Below, piece after piece: positions 42,301-53,471 of a stretch of DNA of 64,000 bases; within the stretch, counting starts at the first letter, position 1, and the number at the start of each line of letters is the position of its first letter. The position numbers and the translations under genes were made by a program. Source of the DNA: Hydrolagus colliei (taxonomy: Eukaryota); assembly GCA_035084275.1 (NCBI GenBank), contig CM068756.1:6138001-6202000 (forward strand). The letters run 5' to 3'. The notes under the pieces are model-generated. The model was given only the letters and a program-made list of their open reading frames with translations, ran no database searches and was not told the DNA's origin.

Positions 42301-43490
42301 CTTGCGTTTTATTAGAGATTTATTCTGCTGCCCAGCCTTCAAACCTGAAGAAGTGCTTTGTGGAAGTAGGTCAAACAGATGGTAGGAACTTAACCTAGAA
42401 ACCTTTTCTGGAGACCTCTTACTTACATTTTATTTGTTGTCTCCTATAGCATACCACTAACTTTCATCTTTAGTTCAGCTAAGCAGCCCCCTCCCTTCTT
42501 CCCAACCCCCTGTTGCTACATGCAGTCCTGCAGTTTAGCGTGAAGTTTGGATGCAACAGCGCTGAGCAGCTGGGCTGAGCTACAAGGGAATGATAATGAC
42601 CTCAGAAATCTGCTGTTAGTTTGACAACAATAGGGCACTCAGTAGAGTGGAAAATTGTGTTCGCTGGCTAGCTCCGCTCAGTTACTAATTGACATTGCCA
42701 AATATTTTAAGAACAATTGGAATGCAAAAGCAAAAAGAGGAGATCTTAATCCCCCCATACTTTTCAATTTTTGTCCGATTTTGCTCTGTTCATTACTCGA
42801 TGGCTATCACAAGCTTGAAACAAACTTTTCAGTTCATATCTGCCCTGTGTCTGTGTTCTGATGCCCAGCACAAAAGGTTTTTATGCGTCCTATCAATGGG
42901 GCCTACATAAGTAGGGGATGGAATCACAGGGCTGGGGTGCCACTCTAACCAGCCCACAAATGCTCTCAAATGTATGCAAAGGTTTGAAAGCAGCTGATCA
43001 AATACTCTTTGCAAATATCAATATTCCAGAAGCCAAATAAAAGCCAAACTGAAATTAAACTAATAATTACACTTAATCTGTGTTTAGCTTTTAAGGCTTT
43101 GTTTTTTTTACCCCAGCGCACAGGCATTCCATGTATTGAGCAATGCCATTGTTTGTGGTGCAGTAAGTCTGGCTTAAAATGAACCCGAGGTCACTTTCCT
43201 CAGCTACCCTGCATATGGAAATGACCTCAATTATGCAACACAGCATAGTTAATGAGGAAAAGTACATCCTGTGTTTTATATACTTTGCTTGCTCTGTTGA
43301 GATTGTAATGATTCTTTGCTCCAATACTTTTTTTCAAGCAAAGTAGCTCATCAAAGGCAGTTTGCATAAGGTGCTTTTCTTCCACAAATATTTGATGAGA
43401 CCACTTTTTTGACCGACTTGTCATAAATTCTGTACTTCTGATACAACCTCATAGCATTAATATTTCACTATACTTTTTTTTCTCTTCCTC

Positions 43491-43599
43491 TCTTCCCAAA
43501 ACTGCCACTCATGTGCAGGTTTCTCAAGTCTACACAGTTTGTGTAGAAAGCTATGTAGACTTGAGAAAACTTTACAAGAGTGTGCAGTTTTGGGGCAGA
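43491..43599. repeat. Long imperfect inverted repeat (~53-bp arms, 6-nt loop)
   Basis: Manual alignment of the left arm to the reverse complement of the right arm gives 44 matches, including a perfect 15-bp core (tttctcaagtctaca/tgtagacttgagaaa). Confidence 0.9.
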
Positions 43600-44199
43600 T
43601 GCTGCAATGACACCGTACCACAAATGTTTTAAAAGTAACAAACAATTAACCTAGGCTGACTGCTGCGGCAAATGTAGGAGGATATGTATTGCAGAAATAT
43701 AGGCAATTGCCCCATCTAGTCTACATCATGGCTGCCCGTATAACCAGAATCAAAGTTATCATTAAAGCCGCAGTAATTATTTTGCACGTTTGTGTGAAAC
43801 TCCTGCTGGAAGTAGTCCTCACAGAGTGTACGTTGCCATTAGTCTTGCAATTTTGCTGGAAGTACAATTCCAGGGCAAATGCAGTCACAGAGGAAGTGAA
43901 AAGCCAAGTGGCGCTTATGATATTGTTGTGTCAAAGCATCTCTATCCCTCACCTAGAATTGGATTATTCCTCACTATACAAGCCGAGGCATGTCCGAAAC
44001 AATTCTGTTTCAATTCCAAATGTTTAAAGCCCAATAGATTAGCATCTTAGAACTGCGGTACCATTATAAAACGGTAAAGGGAGGGTTTTGATTACAATCC
44101 CCAGGTGCACTTGGGCTAATTGTACAGGTATTCGGATTTTTAAATATTCAATGTTGTTTTCACATTCCCTTTATTCATTCTATTACTGCCACAGCTCTA

Positions 44200-44376
44200 T
44201 GACTCTCCATTCACGCTCTCTTACTTCTCCTGGTCTTCCTCCCTCTATTCTCCCTCCAGTCTCTCACTGCATCTCCGTTTGTCTCCATCCTGCTCCCAGT
44301 ATTCATCTCCAATTGGCCCTTGGGACATCTTCCCAACTTGAAAGGCACTAACTCAATGCAATTTGTTGCCATTGTT
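44200..44376 (+). mobile_element. Degraded L2 3' end
   Basis: CT-rich body followed by ccttgggacatcttcccaacttgaaaggcac..tgcaatttgttg. Confidence 0.6.
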
Positions 44377-44930
44377 TGTGGTACTACTTCCACACTGACT
44401 CTGCTAGCAGTGTCATCCCTGTCCTCCATCACCTCACTCTTTATGCTCTAAAACCCTGAAGGCAGTGGCCGACTGGCTCCCCGACTGGCTCAGGATTTTC
44501 AGGTAAAATGGAAGCACCAATTCAGCATAAAATCTCCAAGTGTTTAAAACTTTGTCGGGACTTTAACGTAAGGAGGCATTGGGTGTCGGTTGGCTCTTCT
44601 GAGCTGCCAGATCTCGGGCTCTAGGGATTGTAAATATCAAGAATTAGTCACCTATCACCTAAGGACACTCAAATTTCCCGATAGCCAGTTCATGTGAAGA
44701 TTCACTCTCTCCTAGCAAAGAAGTAGATGATGCGAATTAAAATCCAAATAAAAAGTAGCCAATTATCTCATTTGAAAAGAAGGATGGTGGGCAGGGTGGA
44801 GAAGGGCAGGGGAGAGAGGATGGGTAACGGTGGCGACTCATGTGGAGTAAAACACAAGCCTGGAGTCGTTAGGCTGAATGTTCTGTTTCCGTGCTTTAAA
44901 ATTCTATATAATTAAAATAAAATACTATAT

Positions 44931-45098
44931 AACAATGCTTACATTTGATATAGCGTTTTTCACGTCTTCCAGACATCTCAAAGTGCTTCACAGAATATAC
45001 TGTAAAGTGCATTGACTGTATATTTGTAGGTGAAACTTGGCAGCCAGTTACACATAGCAGTGTCTCACAAACAATCGCAGATTAAATAACCAAATTTT
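44931..45098 (-). mobile_element. SINE family A, 3' half
   Basis: catttgatatagcgtttttcacgtc...cttcacagaatatactgtaaagtg is nearly identical to 10290-10400. Confidence 0.85.
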
Positions 45099-45742
45099 CT
45101 TTATAAAGTAAATGATCATCAGTTGAGAACAGGATTGAATGTTACAAGCACAAGTGGAGACACAGAAGGTCAGATGCTGCAAGAGACTGGTTGCAGTGCT
45201 ATTAGGACCATGACAATCTCTGCTGTTTCAATGTGATTAGACTAGGTGAATAACACAGATTGTTTTGTTAAACTAACATGCTGGAGTTTTGCTCGATTAC
45301 CTTCAGGGGTCAGGGAGATATTTTAACAGTTTCATCATCACAGAAATCTCACTGCCTCAGGTGATTAAATAAGATGGAAGACTTCATTGTACTGTATATC
45401 ATTTGTTTTGACAAGCTTAATTTTGACAAAGCTGTGATACAGCTTGTTTATATTGTGACAAGTGTAATTGGCTACCTGGATTTATCCACCAACATCTTGA
45501 AGACCACAGAGGGCTGGGGTGAGAGAGACATTTGTGGTCAGTTACACTCTTGTGCTCTCCGTGCACATGATGCAATTGGGCGTTAAACTACAGTAACATC
45601 AATCCAAATGTTGGATCAGCTCTCACCACATTATGAAACTCTACTCAGAAGAGAATTTCCCCTGATGGCCTCACCAACAATTCCCCAAGTAAAATATTAG
45701 ACATTCGGTTCAGAATATTCAGAATATTGCAGAAACTGTGCT

Positions 45743-45870
45743 TAGTTTGTGGGACAATTAGCTGCTACATTCACCCACAAATACACAGTCACTACACTTC
45801 ACAGAAAAAGTGTTTTGCAACTTTTTGACGTGATATGCTGCTATATCAGACACAAGCAAAGGATTATTTA
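45743..45870 (+). mobile_element. Degraded SINE 3' fragment (family A or Deu type)
   Basis: tttgtgggacaattagctgc...cccacaaata..cagtc...ctatatca..ggattatt. Confidence 0.6.
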
Positions 45871-46257
45871 TATTCTTACTTGGAATGTGTTATCGATATT
45901 TAATGATATCCCCAGATTTCTCTGAATAATTACTCTGATTTCTACTGGTGCCACTGACTGTCATTATGAATTCAAAATCTGTTTGAAGTCCTTTTAAGAT
46001 ATAATTTAATATGAATGATATTTAAACTATGCTTAAAGATCAACAGAAAAACGTGATGTTATTAAATGTTACTAATGAACAAGATGGTGCATTTATATTG
46101 GGGACTTGCTAGATTAGGACAGGTTTGTCCTGTTCATCACTATATGTGGTGAATGTACAGTTGTATTTTTCATTTATAGCATAGAGCATAAAGATCTGAC
46201 TGTCAGTCGATTAGCACAAACTGCTTTTTGAAAGGAGAGAAAAGCACAGTTCTTCTC

Positions 46258-46545
46258 CCATTGGCTCAGTGGGCAAATGCACCCTTTTCTGCATTGAGTT
46301 AGGAGATCCTAGCCAGGAAACCAGCAGTGGTGCTAGAATTGGCTTCAGCATCTTAGGGCCGGAGAGGGAGAAAATTGGCCTCAAATAGCACTGCGGATCA
46401 CTACACAGTAACCCCTGCTGGAGGTGTGTATGTATGGACACCTAGGTGAGCAAAGGGCCAGGCTCGGCACTGATGGCTTCCATTAGTTAATAGCTTCCTG
46501 ACTGCCCAGGCACACACATGAAGAATGGGCACTCAACTGGGGTCA
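46258..46545 (+). mobile_element. Old tRNA-headed SINE (family B, unnamed)
   Basis: Head tggctcagtgggcaaatgc; 3' part ggctcggcactgatgg...aggcacacacatgaagaatgggcact matches 10175-10252. Confidence 0.65.
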
Positions 46546-47409
46546 GAAGAACAAATGGTCTCTGTGGAAATGTACTCCTACCTTTGGGTGATCTTGTTCC
46601 TGGTACTACAGTTTCAGCAGTGCTTATTTTCAACAGCAGATTATTAGGATCTAAACCATTCACAATATTGTAAAGCTTTGGGTTAAAGTATAACACTTAC
46701 TCTAGAGTCTAGGACTCAGATTAAATAATTAACAGATTAGTATTTGCAGTAGTGTGATGGGAGTAAGGACTGCAGAGATACACTTAAAAGAAATTACCCC
46801 TTATTATTGTGCACCTAACAGAACAAGCTCTGATATAAATAAAAAGGGAAGGCCAGTTTATCTTCACAAAAACAATACACTCAACATGAGTCTGCAATTA
46901 TGTGCAGTGGACTGCAACACACAATTGCAGAAAGTTATTTTTGTGACTGTTTTATGTTGGAAGCTCAAGTGGTTGTAGTTTTATCCAACAGCAAAAACAA
47001 ATCCTCCTGCAATTGTTACCAGGTAACGTGATGCTGTCTTTCAGGCACATCTAACAGATTTACTTTGCCCTAAGACTGTTAGATAAGTTCAAGGTCCAGG
47101 CATGCATTTAAATTTTATCTTGTCGCAGGTAACCTTACAGAGTATTAACAGCAATGTGGTTGCGTAACATTTTGGGGGGATTCTATGAATAACTCAAAAG
47201 TAAAAGCACTACCTTTCTATGAAGGGCGTAATTGGTATGTATTGGGGATAACATATTAATGCTGATGATAATTATGCTTACTTTACATATGCAAACCAGG
47301 TTAATTAGAAACTAGACTTTTGCCTACAACTCTGTAAAAACAATTCCTATTTTTATCAAACTTGGAACATACAATTAGTATTTGAATCTGGATAATATAC
47401 TTATGAATT

Positions 47410-47433
47410 ATGCAAATCAGGCATCATTTGCAT
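47410..47433. promoter_or_regulatory. Inverted pair of perfect octamer motifs (ATGCAAAT-8 nt-ATTTGCAT), candidate POU-factor site
   Basis: Motifs read directly; further near-octamers nearby (ATGCAAAC ~47289, ATGCTAAT ~47515, ATGTAAAT ~47569). Function is inferred. Confidence 0.45.
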
Positions 47434-47754
47434 ATTAAAAATGTTAATTAGAGAATACATGTTCTTTTGTAACTCAAAAAATCCGTAAATATTATATTTG
47501 GAAGCTATGCCATTATGCTATAAGAGATAACATATTAATTAGTTGCACTAATTGAATCAGATTTACTTATGTAAATGATATCAGTTTGGACAATGATTTC
47601 CTACAATCTCAAAACTGTATACAGTAGATATAAATCCATAAACAGTAGAAAGATGCTGGTGTAGTAAGCTAGGAGATCATAACACTGCATAATTCCTTTG
47701 TTTATAAACTACCTGGTATAAGGCATGCATATTTCTGCTTCTGAAAAAAATATG

Positions 47755-48056
47755 GTAGGAATATGGCAGCCAATTTGCACAACGTATTGTCCCATAAACA
47801 GCTATGCAGCAAATGATCAATGTATCTGGGGAATTTTTGACAAGGGAACTGGGAGAAACTCCCTTCTTCTTTTCAATTCATGCCATAGGATCTTTGACGT
47901 CCAATACGAACAGATAAAAGAGACCTCAGGTTTTATCATTTTATATGAAAGACCAGCCGGTCAGGTGGACTGTCAATTCCAAAGTTCTGACGTGGTGTTT
48001 GAGCCTACAAACTTCTAGCTCAAGAGGCGAGAGTACAACCATAGTGCCAGGCTGAC
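47755..48056 (-). mobile_element. DeuSINE-like (SacSINE1/AmnSINE1-type) element
   Basis: gggagaaactcccttcttct...tgccataggatctttgacgtcca...ctcaagaggcgagagtacaacc...gccaggctgac resembles the reverse complement of the Deu domain plus tRNA head, by recollection of the consensus. Confidence 0.75.
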
Positions 48057-48454
48057 AATGCTACTATTAGTTACTCAATTTAACATTTAACCTTTAAGCT
48101 TGACTCAGCGCTAACTTGCGACAAAGTGAAAATAAAAGTCAGTGGCATTCTGATCTCTTATTTAGATATTTGAACATCTAATAAGTACATTGTAGCTCAG
48201 GTTACAATGTGTCTGTTGAAGAACTGACTTATTTCAAAGCTACATGTTTGACATACCCCTCAGGGCAAGCTACTTCAGAATGGATTTGTTATGTTTCTTG
48301 TAAAGCGGTGTTAAATTAAATCTTGGGCTCAACATCTCAATTACTTTTAGAACATATTAGACGACTAGACAATAGTTTCAAATCACAAAATTTTTAGGCC
48401 ATTTAACTTTGGTGCTCTGTAAATGAGAGAGTGCGTTTTTAACTGCACAGTCAT

Positions 48455-48513
48455 CTTGAACATTTGAACACAGCTTGAACATTTCAAACATAGCTTGAAC
48501 ATTTCAAACATAG
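48455..48513. repeat. Minisatellite, ~20-bp unit x3 (cttgaacatttcaaacatag)
   Basis: Read directly; the first copy is slightly diverged. Confidence 0.9.
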
Positions 48514-48532
48514 TGTAAAAATCCTGCAGTTG

Positions 48533-48637
48533 ATAATAATAATCCTTGCATTTGATATCAGCGCCATTTCATGTCTTTGAGGCGTCTCAAATTATTTCAC
48601 AGAATATACTGTAAAGTGAATTGGCTGCACTGTATAT
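48533..48637 (-). mobile_element. SINE family A, 3' tail fragment
   Basis: (aat)n ccttgcatttgatatc...cacagaatatactgtaaagtg. Confidence 0.8.
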
Positions 48638-50204
48638 CTTTAGTGTATTTGGAAAGGTATGAGATTCGCTTGGAACTCTGGGCAGTGGACTCAGTAGATT
48701 TGCACAAGCACTAGAGCTTTGGCTATGCAATCAGTGAAATAAATGACTTACCCGCAAGTTCAGGGTACCATAACATGGGAATCAAGACTATTCTCAATTG
48801 CACAGGTTTGAAATGTTATCTCGGGTTTTAAAGTAACTCTCATGTTAACTCTTGCCTTACTGAGATCAAATGCATTTTTAAGTTAAAAAAGTAATCCAAA
48901 TAAGTAATTGATAGGCAAGTGCCAAATATGTTATAAGAAGTTGATGTTTAGCTTTGAAAACTGTTGCACTTGGAAGCTCATAGTTATGTCTGGTTGTGGG
49001 TGTTATGTTCTGTTTGTGGATCCTCAGTCTCTCAAGTGGAGATGGGGGGGTAAGAGAGGTCACAGGAACAAGCACTGAGCAACTCTATGGTTCAGCGATG
49101 AGAACCCTGCACCACAGAGACGTTTTCCTGTCCATTGGTGCCATTTTCACCTGTTCAGTGATTTCCACTTCTTTTTACTCCGCCAGCGAACAGCTGGATA
49201 TAGCACTATTTCTGTGTGTGTCACATTCACACATCTTATTCCTAACTGTCTGAACGCAACTTTGACCCCACTTGTATTCCGCCTGTGCCATGTGTTGCAA
49301 GACAAGCTCAGCTCGGAATTTAGGTTGGTAAAACAGCACAATCAAGCAACAATTGCTTCACTTGTGCCTTTGTGGCCCTCCATCCTAGAACTGATTTTCA
49401 ACATCGGTATAATAATAATGAAAAGATGAGTTGTAAATGAATTCAATCATCCTGCACAGCCAAGCAGTAGAAAAGTACAGCGAAGGTTTAAAATGACAAG
49501 TTGCAGAGTTAAAATTCGGGGATGGGGGATGGTGGGGCAAAGAGCAATACAGGAGTAAAAGGACTGACTTATTCACTTGGTAGGTTCACTGGAATGTTCA
49601 TTTAATAACAAAAAAAAACCCTGGCCTCAAATTCAGTAATCAGACTAGCATTTCTGTGGCATGCACACAATATAGACAGAGCCTCCTGCTGCGGTGTCCT
49701 AGCTTAGTGTTACTAGCTCCTCCTTATAACGCAGACTTCTCCTTGGGTTTAATTTCTATTTACTGTAATCTCATTACATTTTGTTAATAGTGCTTCTAAA
49801 ATACATCCATGAATCATTTCAAATATTTTCCAATCTAATTCGCTTAATTCACCATATATTCAGACAGATGCAGCAGTGCCTTAAAATAACTTTTTTTTTG
49901 TCCATGGCTGCGGTACACTCGCCCTTATTGTATTTTGAAGGCGCAGTGGATCTTTGCCCAGATTCTTCTATAAGAATTCCCATTAGAAATCTCTGGGACT
50001 CACGGAATCTCTACCCGGGTGGTAGATCCCGTCAGAGAGAAATTTCTGTGGCTCAGCACTTCAAACCTGCGGTTTCTGGAAGGTCTACCAATTTGTGAGG
50101 TTCACTTCCTTATCAATTAACTCTGTTAGAAACCCTGCACTTTAGCCCTCAGTGTCACATTAGAGCCATTTTCGACAACTTTATTGAAAAACACATTTTA
50201 TTAC

Positions 50205-50290
50205 ACAATTACATAGAATATTACATCGCAGAAATGGGCTTTAGCCTAACTAGTCCGTGCTGGTGTTTCAATTTCATGCCAGCCTTCACC
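50205..50290 (-). mobile_element. CR1-type 3' tail fragment
   Basis: acatagaatattacatcgcagaaatgggctttagcctaactagtccgtgctggtgttt. Confidence 0.5.
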
Positions 50291-50794
50291 TCTCCAAACC
50301 TACTGAAAGGGTTTGAAAGAGTCCAATCTGTTTCCATTAGTAATGGAATCCATTCGATGTCTCTAGCACAGGATCACAACAACACAAGATCAATAGAAGA
50401 TACAATGATATCTGCTCTCTGTAACAATTCCTCACCAAGTAGTGCTTTTGCATACCATTTCTCATAGCTTAAAAAAATTAACAATGGAAGCATTCCTGTT
50501 CATAAACTGGCTGTTGCATTGGCCTATAAATTACTTTGAGATGTACTTCCGATATGAAAGGCGCTACATAAAATGCAAGAATGATTATTATTATTGTTAC
50601 CATTTCCATGCAGCATCTTAAGGATTGATCAGAAAAGAAAGGGTGAAATGAAAACATTTAACTTTCCATGAGGGGAAGCTGTTAGTGTGAAGGAGTGTGG
50701 AAAACAAATGTCAAAAAAGTATGCAAATATGTGACAGACAGCATTTTGATCAGTTGCATCTTACACTATAGGCATTTTGTTAACAGAACACTTA

Positions 50795-51335
50795 ACAACA
50801 ACTTACAACAACAACTTCGATTTATATAGCCCCCTCCTCGCCGGACGGCGTCTCAGTGTGCTTCACAGTAGCAGGTCCCGGGACCGAGTCAGGGCCAAAG
50901 GTAGGAAGGTGACCAAATTGCACGGTCGAAGAGAAAGGTCTTTAGCTGTGACCTGAAACTGGGAAGAGAGGTGGGGGCGAGGCGAAGGGAGTGAGGAAGG
51001 GAGTTCCAGAGCCCTGGGGGGTAGAAGATGAAGGTACGGCCGCCGAGGGTGGAGCGGAGGATTCGGGGGAGGAGGAGGAGGCCAGACCCAGTGGAGCGAA
51101 GGCAGCGGGTGCTGGTTTGGGGAGAAAAGAGATCAGAGAGGTAGGTGGGTGCAGAGGAGTGGAGGGACTTGAAAACAAGGGTGAGGATCTTGAAGTTGAT
51201 TCTCTCAGGGACTGGAGTAATGGGGGAGCGAAACTTGATGCGGGTGAGTATGTGGGTGGCAGAGTTTTGAATTAGCTGGATTTTGTGGATTGTGGTGGCA
51301 GGGAGACCGGTGAGGAGAGCATTGCAATAGTGACA
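50795..51335 (-). mobile_element. L2 3' fragment
   Basis: (aac)n tail, tttatatagc; purine-rich body parallel to 57100-57620 (agttccagag, gaggatcttgaagttgat, ggcagagttttgaatt). Confidence 0.85.
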
Positions 51336-52556
51336 GGGATCTATGAATGTAAACCAGTTTCACCCTGAACCTTGAGCCTCCATTAATCCAAGCAACTATG
51401 CTCATTTGGAAGATTCTTCATACTATTTAATACTGTTTCTTCATCTGCTGTATTCTCCCTTTCTTTCAGCTGCGCCAACTAATGTGCATTCTAAGTAATA
51501 AATCCCAAATTAGACCACTATCCTGGTACTGGCCAGCAAATTTCATGGGTATTTAAACAGCAGCATTAAATACTGCATGCATCTCTGGAATGCATAGCCT
51601 GAGTTGCAGTGTTTTAACAAATTACTTAAGGTTTTTGAAAAAGAAAGAACTTCCTAAAGGATTTGCGTGACTGTGAAAGTAATTCACTGAGTTGCTGTTT
51701 TTGCAATGTTCAAGCAGGAACTCAAATTAAATGGTACATCTCAACCTTCTACTTTGCCTTCCCTCTATGTTGTCCCTCATGTTGTGAATGTGTCACTCTG
51801 CAATAGACAAAGAGGTCTACCGATTTGCCATGATATTTTTTGTGGCTAGTTTTTCTGGGCAACTTACGTCAATAAGACCTGGTATTTGCTATCAAACTCT
51901 CTCCCCCCAGGCCCCAGCAGCAGTGATATTATTCTTACTAATGGCACTATTCTTATCAGTTAAATGAGATTGATGTTGGAATGAGCAATAATAATATTTT
52001 ACAGAAGAGGTTGCCTTGTCTATAAGAGGGGTAGCAAGGAAGCCTTGTTGAATAAATAATTTCTACACCACAAGACCAAGAAGGCCCGAGTTTAATATAT
52101 TCTGAACAAGTTGGATACGTTCTCTAGGTTTTGAGTTTTGACTGTTGATTGCTGAGCTGCTAAATGTCTTTTTCTACATTAGAGAGCAAAATACTCTTGT
52201 GTTATGTAAGGTACGGAATCTACTCCACCATATAGGGAATGCATCCTGCTGGTTGAATATCCAGTGCGGGTGATGTTAGTCACTGAGAAGTCCGCAGCCT
52301 AGTCTCTCTAAGGCTCTTCGGTGAAATAAGAACCATGGTTGCAGAAATAATATGAGTTTGAACTCATCAAACAAAGGAAACAAATTACTATTTTTTTTAA
52401 AGGCTGTCTGGATCACTGCGACACATGGAAAAACAAATAATTGCAAATGATTCAATTCCAGATTAGATGATTTCTTTACATATTAAGCAATAAACAAACA
52501 CAAACACAAAACATCAGAAAGGGTATTTTCATTGCTCAAACCAGCACATTCATTCA

Positions 52557-52633
52557 ACTCTCTCTCTCTCTCTCTCTCTGTTTTTTCTTCTCTCTATATA
52601 TATATATGTACTTATATATGTACACACACACAC
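52557..52633. repeat. Compound microsatellite (CT)n/(TA)n/(CA)n
   Basis: Read directly. Confidence 0.9.
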
Positions 52634-53107
52634 AATTCTGATCTCTCACCATCTTGCATCAAGTAATAGGAAAAGCATCCACCAATTGGGTTCCACAGCA
52701 AACAGAATAGAAATCCGATATTTGGATTTAAAACAAATACACATAAAATCTATATTATGAATTATAAATGTTGCTCCTTGTAAATACACAAGAATTCAAT
52801 ATCCTTGAGATCAAATATAAATAGACGATATGAGCATTATTATGCTCAAAAGAAGACATGCAAATTGCTTGATTCTGTTATTATGCTACTACTAATAATA
52901 ATCATTGTATTTGATTATCCTTATATTATTATTATTGGTGTAGTGTCTGGAGCGTGCCTTGAAGAACTTCACAGGATATCCTGTGAAGTGTAGTGAATGT
53001 ATAGATGGTAGCCAAATGTTCAGGATATGTGCAGTGATTCCAGCATCATGATATAATCATGGGTCTGAAGATTCTATGCATGTCTTTTAAAATGTAAGCA
53101 ATGGTCA

Positions 53108-53235
53108 ATAAACAACAACAGCAAATTGCATTAATACAGCGCCTTTCACGTCAGAAGGATGGCCCAGGGTGTTGGACAGTCAAGGGTTTGCCACCAAGCT
53201 GCAGAGTCGAGGTCAAGACAAAGGGTGTTTGAATG
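53108..53235 (-). mobile_element. L2 3' tail fragment
   Basis: acaacaacagcaaattgcattaatacagcgcctttcacgtcagaaggatggccca. Confidence 0.7.
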
Positions 53236-53471
53236 AATTTACAACTGACGGTGTTCAATGACTCTGTGTCAAGCGTTGACAGATTTTGCGCACAGCAAGG
53301 GCATTGTCAACTGGGGGGAAATGAAGCTTCAGTCTTTGGGGAGAAAACTTTAGCCACAGCTGTCTGGTCACAACTGTATTTGCGATCAGACAGCTGTGGC
53401 TAATGTTTTCTGAAGGAGGGTTTGAAAAGTGAGCAATGAAAGCTACTCGGAAAGCAAAACGAATGTGTTAC

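Larger units (their letters stand above)
13522..53471 (-). other. ZNF536: ZNF536 intron (~40 kb), GT...AG
   Basis: Bounded by the donor at 53471 and the acceptor at 13522. No convincing additional coding exon was seen inside. Confidence 0.85.

Noticed and set aside
48455-48513. CRISPR-like array
   Set aside because: These are head-to-tail tandem units without spacers, in vertebrate intron.
50942-51405. Low-complexity Gly/Glu-rich and Pro/Ser-rich ORFs
   Set aside because: They are off-frame or antisense translations of an L2 fragment.
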